In this document: piece after piece, positions 7,267-16,388 of the stretch | Position numbering within the stretch: position 1 is the stretch's first letter | How the letters are laid out: each line of letters begins with the position of its first letter | DNA from: Anaerolineae bacterium | Lineage (GTDB): Bacteria > Chloroflexota > Anaerolineae > Aggregatilineales > UBA3940 | Reading direction: 5' to 3' | DNA: 64,000 bases | NCBI GenBank assembly: GCA_016926985.1 | Contig: JAFGNO010000093.1 | Location: 2,933-66,932, forward strand | The notes under the pieces: model-generated | The model's database searches: none | Seen by the model: the letters and a program-made list of their open reading frames with translations, nothing else | What the model was told of the DNA's origin: nothing | Program-made: the position numbers and the translations under genes

Positions 7267-8052
7267 ATGATGAAGAAGTCCCCATTAAAGCTCACCTTAC
7301 CAAAGCATATGGCTTTTCTGACTGTTACCATCTTTGCCCTCTCTATTTTGGCTGCTGGCTGTGGGCCAGCTACCCCGGAGCCAGGGGCAATTGAAACTGC
7401 GATTTTTCTCACACAACAAGCTGAGGAAGGGGCTGATGCGGTTGATGTAATTTCTGAGGAACAGGCTACCAACACGCCCTACCCATCTGCTACCCCGCAA
7501 CCCCCAACGGAGACGCCCTCCCCATCCCCAGAACCTGTAGCGAGTGCTGAGGATCATTGGGCAAAAAACTACGTCGGGACCTACGATAATGGTGATATTG
7601 TCCTGGAAATTGCCCGTATCGTTGTTGGATATAAGGATGCGATCGGCGATCAGGATTGGGACGTCCTGAACGATTACATCGAGGGCTGGGCAGATGTAGA
7701 AGTTGTTGGTGAGCTCGTTTTCAAAGTAACGAATAACTCAGAGAAGACTGTGAGCCTCTATCCTGACCAGGGAACCGTTCAAATAGGCTCAGAACAAATT
7801 CCGCTGGACGAATTCATGTTTTACACAACATTTGGCGATGATGTAGGCGGGGAAATATTCCCTGGCGTGACAAAGATTGGCGGAATGTGGTTCGCTATTG
7901 AGAGATCTGCACCAGATGAGATCACACAGATCATCTATCGAGCCAGTGCACCATTCGATGAAGAAACTTTTAACAACATTGGACCAGATATCGAAATCGT
8001 GATCGATATATCTGAGTATGTATTCGAAGAGTTACCTGAGGAATTGCATTAA
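7267..8052 (+). CDS. lipoprotein (moron)
   Basis: Signal peptide with lipobox: FLTVTIFALSILAAGC. Pro/Thr-rich linker. GC visibly lower than the phage backbone. Confidence 0.7.
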   Translation: MMKKSPLKLTLPKHMAFLTVTIFALSILAAGCGPATPEPGAIETAIFLTQQAEEGADAVDVISEEQATNTPYPSATPQPPTETPSPSPEPVASAEDHWAKNYVGTYDNGDIVLEIARIVVGYKDAIGDQDWDVLNDYIEGWADVEVVGELVFKVTNNSEKTVSLYPDQGTVQIGSEQIPLDEFMFYTTFGDDVGGEIFPGVTKIGGMWFAIERSAPDEITQIIYRASAPFDEETFNNIGPDIEIVIDISEYVFEELPEELH

Positions 8053-8367
8053 TTGCCCGTAGATTTGCATCAGATATAAACTTGCTATCCAAAATACTGT
8101 GTTGTGCTATACTGCAAATTGCATCTAGTAGTGTGAGCGCTCAAGAGATGCACGCTCCCCATCGGCCAGCCCCCCTCTGGTCGAGGGGAGCACCTCTTTT
8201 CTGTAGACCATCATCAAACAATCAACAGCTTCAGATTGGTTGCAAATATTGATGGCTTCATGCTAAGCTTGCTTGTTCCCGGAACATTGGATCTGAAGTG
8301 CCCGGCATAAGCAGGCAGCATGGCTGTACCAGCTATCTGGCTACCAATACACACAGGGGAAAACATC

Positions 8368-9297
8368 ATGCCCATGTTTCAAATCAGCAGCAGCAGTATG
8401 GCGCCGGTTTCGCAGAGCAATTTTCAATCGGAAAAGCAGCTCCAGCACCTGGTGGAAACCAACCTCGAAACGATCTTCAACTGCCGCTTTGTGGCAACTG
8501 AATTTTCAACCGGCGCCCAGCACGCCGGGCGCATTGATACACTGGCGCTTTCCGAAGACAACAACCCGGTGATCATTGAATACAAGAAAATCGAGAGTTC
8601 GGACCTGATCACGCAGAGCCTGTTCTACCTTTCCTGGATCGGCGATCACCGCGGCGATTTTGAAATTGCTGCACAGAAGAAGCTCGGGGCTGACGTGGAG
8701 GTGGACTGGTCCGATGTGCGCGTGCTGTGCATCGCACCGGGATACAAGAAGTATGATCTCCATGCAGTACGGGTGATGGGCGCTAATATTGAACTCTGGC
8801 GCTATCGCCTCTACGACAATCAGACCATCTATTTTGAGGAAATCTTCAAACAGGCTTATCCTGAAAATGACCTGGCAGGAGACAAGGACCCAGCCATGGT
8901 TGCAGCCGGCAAGAAGGGCGCGATCACCAGGGCCACAGCAACCTACACCTTTGAAGAACACCTCGATGGGAAACCGGAGAAAATCCGTTCTCTGGCTCAC
9001 GATGTGCGCGACTATATTCTCGGCCTGGATACAGCGATTGAGCAGAACCCCAGAAAGATGTACATCGGTTACAAGATTTCGCAGAACATCGTTTGCATGG
9101 ATGTTCAGAGCCAGCAAATCCGTTTGTGGCTCAAGCTGAAGCAGTCGGAAGTATCCGATCCTCCCTCCAATTATCGCGATGTGTCAAACCTGGGACATCA
9201 TGGAACCGGGGATGCGGAGTTCATCTTGAGATCGGAAGACGATTTTGAGAGAACGAAACCGTATATTGAAATGGCTTACCGGAAAATCGGCGGCTAG
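8368..9297 (+). CDS. NucS/DUF91-like PD-(D/E)xK nuclease-domain protein (R-M-associated type)
   Basis: MPMFQISS start with AGGGGA RBS. GRIDTLALSEDNNPVIIEYKK (D..ExK). Sits directly upstream of the hsdM fragment. Confidence 0.5.
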   Translation: MPMFQISSSSMAPVSQSNFQSEKQLQHLVETNLETIFNCRFVATEFSTGAQHAGRIDTLALSEDNNPVIIEYKKIESSDLITQSLFYLSWIGDHRGDFEIAAQKKLGADVEVDWSDVRVLCIAPGYKKYDLHAVRVMGANIELWRYRLYDNQTIYFEEIFKQAYPENDLAGDKDPAMVAAGKKGAITRATATYTFEEHLDGKPEKIRSLAHDVRDYILGLDTAIEQNPRKMYIGYKISQNIVCMDVQSQQIRLWLKLKQSEVSDPPSNYRDVSNLGHHGTGDAEFILRSEDDFERTKPYIEMAYRKIGG

Positions 9298-9305
9298 GAG
9301 AGGAT

Positions 9306-9497
9306 ATGCTCAAGGAACAGGAACGCGCGGAACTGCACCGCACCATCTGGCAGATTGCCAACGACCTTCGCGGCAGCGTGGACGGCTGGGATTTCAAGCA
9401 GTATGTGCTGGGCATGCTGTTCTACCGCTTCATCAGCGAAAACCTCACCAGCTACATCAACGAGGACGAACGGCGCAGCGGCAGCAGGGATTTCGAC
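9306..9497 (+). pseudogene. hsdM: Type I R-M methyltransferase HsdM, N-terminal fragment only
   Basis: LHRTIWQIANDLRGSVDGWDFKQYVLGMLFYRFISENLTSYINEDE... is the HsdM N-domain signature. Homology-like sequence stops after ...SRDFD, and composition switches to AT-rich at about 9498. Confidence 0.75.
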
Positions 9498-9672
9498 AGG
9501 AAAATTGAGTTATTTCTATCCGTCAGGTAAGGATCCACGATCACGCTGACAAGGTTAGGAAATTTACAAAACGACTAACAATACCATTTTAGGTAATTAA
9601 ATTCCGACTTTACTAGCGGAGTAAAAAACATTTGAATAATATTACAGTTATCTCCAAACAATCGAGTTGCCA

Positions 9673-11361
9673 ATGTTAAGAATTCCCAATCCAGGATCAG
9701 ATATAAAAAGTTTTATCAACATATATGTGGAACTGTACAATGCCCTTCATCACAGAAAAGACTTCGGTTTGGACGATATCTCATATGTCTTAGTAGAACA
9801 TAACCTTGCAGCATCAAGTGGATATGTGGGAGCCAAAGCTCTTGAGGAATCCTCCAGAGCAGATAGAAGTCGAGATCCTCTATACAACCAATCTAAAATG
9901 TATTCTGAACTATATAAATTGTTGGGGTGGTTACACCCGACAGAAGAAGCTGCTCTGCGATTCAAATTTACATTTTTGGGGTTACATGTAGTTAGGGCAT
10001 ATCCCAATCCAGAACAGATTTTTGAACAATCACTCCTAGGCGTAGTTTATCCAAATCCCATTCTGGATGTCAAAGGAAATCAACATATTAGACCATTTGT
10101 TACAATTTTGAAGGCCTGTAGGGATTTGGATGGGTACATCAGTAGGGACGAAATGATTATTGGCCCCTTATCATTATCGGATGATAGAAATAAGGAAAAG
10201 TATCAGGAAATGATTTCAACCATAAGGGGGATTAGAGGAAAAACTGAAAAACTCCAAAGCGCAATTAATTCTTTGGAAAATTCCCGAAGAATTAAATACA
10301 ACACAATGCAAAATTACACTAGGTTTCCGATCGCCGTCTTGAAGTGGACTAAATGGACTGTTTCCCAGAAAATGAGGATATATGAAAGAACATCAGGATT
10401 TTTAAAAATCACTCAAAAAGGTGAAGAAACGCTAAATCAGCTTGTGAACTTTAAAGATATTAGGTCAAAAGACTTAACTGAATTTCCCACTGATGAACTT
10501 AGAGCTGCTGTAGCACGATTAGCATTTTCACAGATGCTGGAGAGAGCGAATTTTGATGTATCAAGTAATTCTGAAATAATTAGCCAAGACACCCTCCTGA
10601 TTAAATCTAAAATTCCTGGTAGTGCTTTACAATTTCAATTTTCACCGTTCCAAGATATGTCCCAACCCCAGCTTACGAACATCTTTCCTTCTGTTATGGG
10701 AACTCATGATCAAGAATCAACCCAAACGGCTGGGAACAATCCCAATTCAGTAAAGTCAATTTCTTCAATTGTCAGATTGGATCGTGTAGATACAACTACA
10801 AACCTTTATGACGGGATCAAGGATTTGTTTATTTCCGATTCAGATGGTCTATCTGTTGATCAAATAGTGGAACGATTCTATTCATCCCACTCAGGATCAG
10901 ATCTCAATTCTTTTTATCCATTTGTAGAAAAGTTGTTTCGAAGTTTGGGATACGACTGTAGTCTCTCAAGAACCGGAGTAAACTATGAAAGATGGGATGC
11001 AATAATTAAGGACCCCTTACATTCGATACCAATAGAAATTAAATCGCCAAGTGAGGAAGAATCCATTTCATTGAAAGCTATAAGGCAAGCTTTAGAAAAT
11101 AAAATCATTCTATTGTCACGAGAGGCATATCCAACTAAACAAGATACAACTTCTTTAGTTGTTGGTTACAACTTTCCAAATAACCGATCAGAAGCTGTGG
11201 CTTTGATTGAAGCCTTCAAATTTTCGTATGGTTTTTCTATTGGGATAATTGACTTTCGGTCACTATTAACTTTGGTTATAGAAAAAATCCTAAATAAGAA
11301 GCAACACAATATTGAACAAATGAGAACATTGATAGGATTTATAGATGTTAAGACCACTTAG
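9673..11361 (+). CDS. putative restriction endonuclease (C-terminal PD-(D/E)xK-like)
   Basis: 562 aa from ATG 9673 (the ORF track starts at TTG 9667). C-terminal ERWDAIIKDPLHSIPIEIKSPSEEE fits D..ExK. Convergent with two MTase genes. Family not identified. Confidence 0.45.
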   Translation: MLRIPNPGSDIKSFINIYVELYNALHHRKDFGLDDISYVLVEHNLAASSGYVGAKALEESSRADRSRDPLYNQSKMYSELYKLLGWLHPTEEAALRFKFTFLGLHVVRAYPNPEQIFEQSLLGVVYPNPILDVKGNQHIRPFVTILKACRDLDGYISRDEMIIGPLSLSDDRNKEKYQEMISTIRGIRGKTEKLQSAINSLENSRRIKYNTMQNYTRFPIAVLKWTKWTVSQKMRIYERTSGFLKITQKGEETLNQLVNFKDIRSKDLTEFPTDELRAAVARLAFSQMLERANFDVSSNSEIISQDTLLIKSKIPGSALQFQFSPFQDMSQPQLTNIFPSVMGTHDQESTQTAGNNPNSVKSISSIVRLDRVDTTTNLYDGIKDLFISDSDGLSVDQIVERFYSSHSGSDLNSFYPFVEKLFRSLGYDCSLSRTGVNYERWDAIIKDPLHSIPIEIKSPSEEESISLKAIRQALENKIILLSREAYPTKQDTTSLVVGYNFPNNRSEAVALIEAFKFSYGFSIGIIDFRSLLTLVIEKILNKKQHNIEQMRTLIGFIDVKTT

Positions 11362-12412
11362 TCCTAAAAGAAATTATCGGCATGCAATATCCTTCAAGGA
11401 AAACTATAAACCAGCACGAATTGTGTGGAGTGGATTGCAACACCCTGCGACAATTCATTATTCCGATGGCAGCAGAAGTCCGAGTACTTGCATAAGATGT
11501 TTAGATGCACCATGTATGTATTATTCTGAAGATGAAATCCAAATAGGAATTTTTACTGATTTCCCCTACGATAAAAACAATGAAGTATGTCCTACTAAGG
11601 CAATTTCTTGGGAAGAAGACTTCTCTTCACCTCAAATCAACAATGAAAATTGCATCTTTTGCGGTCTATGCATCCAAAGATGTCCAGCAAAAGCAATATT
11701 TTTTTCACAGGAATCAGCAATTGTCATAGATAATCTGAATGATCATTTTGTTGAACTTGGAGAATTTGTAAACGAAAAATCCCTTAGAGAAACAACTCAT
11801 CTATTCCATAACGCTAAAGAAGAAGGAGTCTATTTGCTCGAAAATGATGACGTACTCCAATTATCAAAAACCAAACTAGATCAAATTCTTCCAAGATCAA
11901 ATGCCCAGTTTCCTAATCACTTGTCAAGAAATCTTTTACTTGGATTAGGCGTGGGTGCTATGATGAGACGCTTGGGGGATGTCAATATTCGAATGGACTT
12001 ACTGTTTGGCCCACCAGGTGTAAATCAAGGTACAGGTGAGGTTGAATTTGGAAACGGTGTCTTAGATGCGCCAAGGAATATCTTAGATAATTATGCAACC
12101 TTGGTCACAAAATATAATTCCTCAAGAGATTCGCTCTTCCCTATAGTTATTGTTAATACACTACCAAATTCGCGATCCGATTATTGGTTAGTCATACAGG
12201 ATATACGCAAAGTCCTTGGCATTAAAATACAAACAATGTCAATTGGTCTATTATACATACTGCTTTGGAATAAACTTTCATTATCAATAATCGATGGTAA
12301 TGAATTTTATATTGATGCTGATAATCCATCACTGCGAGAGAAATTGACTACTCACCTACAGAGAGAAAGTAGTATCATTTTTGATCTTGGCTATCTTGAG
12401 AGTGAAAAATAG
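11345..12412 (+). CDS. 4Fe-4S dicluster-domain protein with unknown C-terminal domain (REase partner?)
   Basis: CIRCLDAPC...CP and CIFCGLCIQRCP ferredoxin-type motifs. Overlaps the upstream gene by 17 nt and the MTase 3' end by 38 nt. Confidence 0.6.
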   Translation: MLRPLSPKRNYRHAISFKENYKPARIVWSGLQHPATIHYSDGSRSPSTCIRCLDAPCMYYSEDEIQIGIFTDFPYDKNNEVCPTKAISWEEDFSSPQINNENCIFCGLCIQRCPAKAIFFSQESAIVIDNLNDHFVELGEFVNEKSLRETTHLFHNAKEEGVYLLENDDVLQLSKTKLDQILPRSNAQFPNHLSRNLLLGLGVGAMMRRLGDVNIRMDLLFGPPGVNQGTGEVEFGNGVLDAPRNILDNYATLVTKYNSSRDSLFPIVIVNTLPNSRSDYWLVIQDIRKVLGIKIQTMSIGLLYILLWNKLSLSIIDGNEFYIDADNPSLREKLTTHLQRESSIIFDLGYLESEK

Positions 12413-13187
12413 GCATGCTTACTTTCCACTCATGAATTCGGTCATTCGCAATTTCAATGTACTCCGGATTGATTTCGAAACCCAAATACTTGCGTCCCTC
12501 CATGTAAGCTGCTAAACACTCTGTTCCACTTCCAACAAAAGGGACTACAACAATATCGCCCTCTTTTGAAAAATGTTTAATTATTCTCAAGGAAATTGAA
12601 AGTGGTTTTTGAGTTGGATGATCTACTTTTTCAGCCTGGAATCTTTTTCCAGCCAGTACAGGGAACTTCCAGACATCCCCTGCTAGTCTCCCCTCTGGAT
12701 GTGGATGCCATACTTTTCCATTTTTCGTGACTTTATACTTCAACCTATCTTGGCTTTTATAAGGTTCCCTAATAGGGAAATAAGTATAGTTACTCCCTTT
12801 AGAAAACCATAATATTGGTTCATAATGAGCAGCTAATGTCCTTTTCGAATACCCAGCAAATCCATTTTCATAGAACCATATGATCTGTCTACGATAATCA
12901 AGCTTAATTTCAGACATGTAACAATGCAGCCAACACAAATGGTGATGGATACCATATACAAATATATTTCCCCCAGGTTTCAAGATCCGTTTTGCTTCAT
13001 CCAACCAACTTTTACTCCATGATAGCCAAGTATCTTTGTGGTCCTTTTCTTTATAGATACCAAAATCTTTCCCAATATTATAAGGGGGGTCTGCTATAAT
13101 TAAATCAGCAAATTCGTCCGGCAAAGCCTTCATTCCTTCAATACAATCCAGATTATGGATGATGTTTAAATCATTGGTTTTTTTCAT
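12375..13187 (-). CDS. DNA methyltransferase, N4/N6 family (beta-type order: DPPY first)
   Basis: IIADPPYNIG (motif IV), HPTQKP, VPFVGSGTE (motif I). Confidence 0.88.
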   Translation of the reverse strand: MKKTNDLNIIHNLDCIEGMKALPDEFADLIIADPPYNIGKDFGIYKEKDHKDTWLSWSKSWLDEAKRILKPGGNIFVYGIHHHLCWLHCYMSEIKLDYRRQIIWFYENGFAGYSKRTLAAHYEPILWFSKGSNYTYFPIREPYKSQDRLKYKVTKNGKVWHPHPEGRLAGDVWKFPVLAGKRFQAEKVDHPTQKPLSISLRIIKHFSKEGDIVVVPFVGSGTECLAAYMEGRKYLGFEINPEYIEIANDRIHEWKVSMPIFHSQDSQDQK

Positions 13188-14067
13188 TATTATTCTGCAC
13201 TATTAGAATATATTGGTGGTGAATATTAGGAACATATGCATAGGGATAACCATAAGGAAAAACTCGCTTATGGCGTTGATAGAGTATCGTGATCCCTTTT
13301 AGCTCAAACCCTCGACTTTCTAATTGCATCGCTAAATCAGCATGAAACATGTAATACTTCGATTTATGACGGAAATCGCTTACTATGACGGCCATATACT
13401 TTTCTGGTTTTAGAACACGAATAGTGTCACCAAGAATTGCCGATAAATTTCTTAAGAATTCCTGATAATCTTCAATATTTCCTAAATCTCTTTCATCATT
13501 ACTATATCTGGTGTCCAATCCATTTGCTATGCGTTCTTGTCTTACTTTATGATCTTCCTTATGAAGAATGTTCCAGTAAGGCGGACTTGTAACTACAAAA
13601 TCGACAGTATTTTCCTCTACGGTATCCAACAAATCCCTTGCATCGCCAACGTAAATTTCCTGTTGATACTGAGAGGGGAACATTGGGGCAATTTCATTAC
13701 TTAATCTTTCCTTGGCTAACTCTGCATAATGTGGATTTAATTCAAAACCAATCCCACGCCGATTATTTATCGCACATGCCTTTAATGTTGAGCCTACCCC
13801 GACAAAGGGGTCAAGAACTAATTGTCCCTCCTTGGTAAAGAATTTAATTAATCGACCGACATCAGTAAACGAAAAAGGGGCAGGATGTTGTTTTTCAATT
13901 TTGGTATCTGGATGCTTTGCGCCTAACCCCTTTTGGTTCCATACAGAAATTGTTTCAACTATCCATTCTTTTGAAGGCAGGTCATTAAGCTTGTTTCGGG
14001 GATCAACTCCAGGCGATGGATCCTCAAAAGCGCTTTCTTGCTGATCGTGATTCTCAATTACTTCCAT
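13171..14067 (-). CDS. DNA methyltransferase, N4/N6 family (SPPY type, motif I before motif IV)
   Basis: QHPAPF, LDPFVGVGST (motif I), VVTSPPYWN (motif IV). Confidence 0.88.
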   Translation of the reverse strand: MEVIENHDQQESAFEDPSPGVDPRNKLNDLPSKEWIVETISVWNQKGLGAKHPDTKIEKQHPAPFSFTDVGRLIKFFTKEGQLVLDPFVGVGSTLKACAINNRRGIGFELNPHYAELAKERLSNEIAPMFPSQYQQEIYVGDARDLLDTVEENTVDFVVTSPPYWNILHKEDHKVRQERIANGLDTRYSNDERDLGNIEDYQEFLRNLSAILGDTIRVLKPEKYMAVIVSDFRHKSKYYMFHADLAMQLESRGFELKGITILYQRHKRVFPYGYPYAYVPNIHHQYILIVQNNNEKNQ

Positions 14068-14281
14068 AATTTTCCAGAACCTCCAGGAGTTTATCCAACT
14101 CCCGCTTTTGATATAATCGATAGTTATTCAGCGGATGCCTGTATGAATTCAATTTCCCAGACTTATCCCAATTTCGAAGTGTAGACGAAGAGACACCTAA
14201 GTATTTAGCAGCTTCACTCACAGTTAGATATTCATTAAATTTTTTAATTCGCTGAGGCATGACACTGAACCGTAAGATCAT
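14054..14281 (-). CDS. MerR/excisionase-type HTH protein (possible R-M controller)
   Basis: LTVSEAAKYLGVSSSTLRNWDKSGKL. Overlaps the MTase start by 14 nt. Alternative start at 14260. Confidence 0.65.
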   Translation of the reverse strand: MILRFSVMPQRIKKFNEYLTVSEAAKYLGVSSSTLRNWDKSGKLNSYRHPLNNYRLYQKRELDKLLEVLENYGSN

Positions 14282-14743
14282 CTATGTCGTGTTAACATTA
14301 TTAAGCATTGTCAATCAATACTATAGGTTGTTAAACCTTTTTTGTCAATTATTCCATTTTCACAACCTCAACATACAGTTTTATTTACTTGAAAACAAGT
14401 TCCTAATCCTTATTCCACAATATTGGAAATATTAAAGCCACAATAATCTCCTGCCAAAAAACTCCAAACCACTGATTGCCCTTATACTTCTTACCATTAC
14501 CTCCCCACATATTGCATAATCCGGCCAAGATCGACAACCGATTCAATATATGAATTAATCTAATTTTCATACCATCAGTTGCCAAACTCATCTAAGCCAT
14601 ATCCTTTTATCAAAACATAATTCCTTCCATTTCTACAGTTGACATATTACTAACTCACCTACGAATTTCAGAAAAGTGTGATATGATTATTTGTGAACAT
14701 ATGTTCAGAACAATTCCCATACAGAAAGGAACAAAAAACCATC

Positions 14744-15103
14744 ATGTACGAGTTAGTTAAGGAACCACCAGAGCATGATTTTGGAGGAATTATTCTTACG
14801 GGAAGGGAACAATTAGTCCTGTACATTATCTGCTCCTCAAAACCCCAATATCCAACATACCGCGAAATACTTAAGCGCCTAAATCTCATAGTGCCATCCC
14901 GAGATGGAGGGAAAACAAAATATTCATCAACTCAACAGGTGGTTAGAGTTATTGATAAACTTCGTCTTAAGGGGCTTTTGGTTAATCCTGAGATCGAAAG
15001 GGAGCTGTTGAACACAGCCAGGAATATCATACCGACCAATTTAGGTGAAGAGCTTGCACCTCAAATTGAGGCAATATTACGGACCTTGCCAGCCCCGCTT
15101 TAG
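14744..15103 (+). CDS. hypothetical winged-helix-like protein
   Basis: 119 aa from ATG 14744 (ORF track starts at GTG 14693). YREILKRLNL...VVRVIDKLRLKGLL suggests wHTH. Confidence 0.4.
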   Translation: MYELVKEPPEHDFGGIILTGREQLVLYIICSSKPQYPTYREILKRLNLIVPSRDGGKTKYSSTQQVVRVIDKLRLKGLLVNPEIERELLNTARNIIPTNLGEELAPQIEAILRTLPAPL

Positions 15104-15221
15104 AACTGAAATAAGTCTTCACATACACTATCTGTTGCTATCAAGTAATTATCGCGATTACCAGCATCTAGCTTAGCTATGAAAAACCGAATTCAATTGT
15201 CGTAAGCAGCATAATCAAATG

Positions 15222-15254
15222 AAAAATCACCCCAAACCCAAGGGGTGATTTTTT
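15222..15254. terminator. bidirectional rho-independent terminator at the island boundary
   Basis: AAAAATCACCCC-aaacccaa-GGGGTGATTTTT with extra T. A-run and T-run flank a 12-bp stem. Confidence 0.7.
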
Positions 15255-15323
15255 CGTCACACCCCTCTATACTGCATCTCAGAATGTGGTTATGCGTAGA
15301 CCATATCTCCATACCAGAAGGTT

Positions 15324-15341
15324 CTATTCGACATCGAAAAC
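15324..15341. repeat. 18-bp palindrome family copy 3
   Basis: CTATTCGACATCGAAAAC. Its right flank CTCAC is shared with copy 13. Confidence 0.8.
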
Positions 15342-15468
15342 TCACACCCCACGCGCCCCTTCTATCCAATGGTCACCACAATAGTAAAAACCGACCGATT
15401 ATCCACCTGCATACCATGCCTTTTCTTCCATCGCTTGCGATCGCGCCGGTCCGATTTGTCCCCATCCC

Positions 15469-15663
15469 TCACCTCACCCTGTCAATGATAGCCTTCACCA
15501 CGCCACAAAGCACCGGAAGCAGAAACGCAGCCAACCAGATCCATTTCGCCCTGTCCAGGTTTTCTTTCGAAAAGAACACATATATCTCCGGATCGGTCTC
15601 CACAGTCAGGTCATCCATCATCGTCCAGCCTTCTTCCCCCCAGTCATCCCAGTCATCCCCCAT
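15469..15663 (-). CDS. small membrane protein
   Basis: 64 aa. Acidic N-terminus (MGDDWDDWGEEGW). C-terminal TM WIWLAAFLLPVLCGVV. Overlaps the upstream gene by 11 nt. Confidence 0.5.
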   Translation of the reverse strand: MGDDWDDWGEEGWTMMDDLTVETDPEIYVFFSKENLDRAKWIWLAAFLLPVLCGVVKAIIDRVR

Positions 15664-16018
15664 GCGCGTCCTCCGGTTTGGTGTGTTTGATCGAGAAGGT
15701 CATGCAGCCGAGCGGCTTCCCGTCCTCCCCACGCACCATACGCCCAGGACTGATGAGGTCCTCCCTGTCCGACGCATCCATCGTCATCTTCGATACGATA
15801 TACAGGGTCTCCGGCGCAGGGTCCGGCAGATTGATCACATCCCCATAGATCGACCGCACCAGCGGTACCAGCGTTTGTCCTACCGTCAGCTTGCCCACAG
15901 ATACATCCATCTGATCCACCCTGGCGACCACGCCGGTTGGTGCAAATGTCCGCACGATTTCGCCGTCTGACGATACAACCGTAATTTCATGGGGTGTCAG
16001 ATTGATCATTTTTATCAT
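15653..16018 (-). CDS. hypothetical protein
   Basis: 121 aa from MIKMINLTPHEITVV. GGGAGA RBS 6 nt upstream. GC-rich, backbone-like composition. Confidence 0.55.
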   Translation of the reverse strand: MIKMINLTPHEITVVSSDGEIVRTFAPTGVVARVDQMDVSVGKLTVGQTLVPLVRSIYGDVINLPDPAPETLYIVSKMTMDASDREDLISPGRMVRGEDGKPLGCMTFSIKHTKPEDAHGG

Positions 16019-16388
16019 TGGGTTTCTCCCTGATATCAGTTTATGGCTGAACAGCCAACTGCAAAAATTGGGTACTATTCTTTTCATGTAGCACCTTTAC
16101 AGTGAAAAGGTTCAAAATGGTAGACCTCATTTCAATAGGGCGTCTATCGTAGAAAAAATAATCCGCACAGATTTTGGATAGTTAAGAGGAGAAAGTCACG
16201 GCAGCGCTTGCCAAAGCAGCACCTGCCCGTATACAACAAGAAACATGGATGAGCTGGATAAGCAGGGTGATATTGTGAATCCACACCGCAATTCGGGTTC
16301 TAAATCCCCTGATGAAACACTGTTGGATGGGAATAGGCAGCCGATACTATAGGCGTAATCTTATCGAAAATGAAGTTGTCAGTCTCAT

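Larger units (their letters stand above)
9498..15221. other. AT-rich accessory block Ia (R-M cassette), inserted into hsdM
   Basis: Abrupt composition change at both ends. Right end is a 12-bp-stem bidirectional terminator. No palindrome-family copies inside. Confidence 0.6.

Noticed and set aside
9489-9506. Half-palindrome GATTTCGAC at the hsdM breakpoint, considered as a recombination site of the palindrome family
   Set aside because: TTCGAC here simply encodes the conserved HsdM ...DFD... residues. The right half does not match.
14403-14591. 62-aa leftward ORF in the R-M island
   Set aside because: No RBS, odd composition, and it lies in an AT-rich spacer where random ORFs are expected.
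15558-15575. TCTTTCGAAAAGA, which looks like the palindrome with its central 6 bp deleted
   Set aside because: Short, inside a coding region (FFSKEN), and no other such deleted copies. Likely coincidence.
16294-16310. tRNA-like T-loop string CGGGTTCTAAATCCCCT
   Set aside because: The flanking bases do not form a T-stem, acceptor arm or anticodon arm. No tRNA could be folded anywhere in the window by eye.
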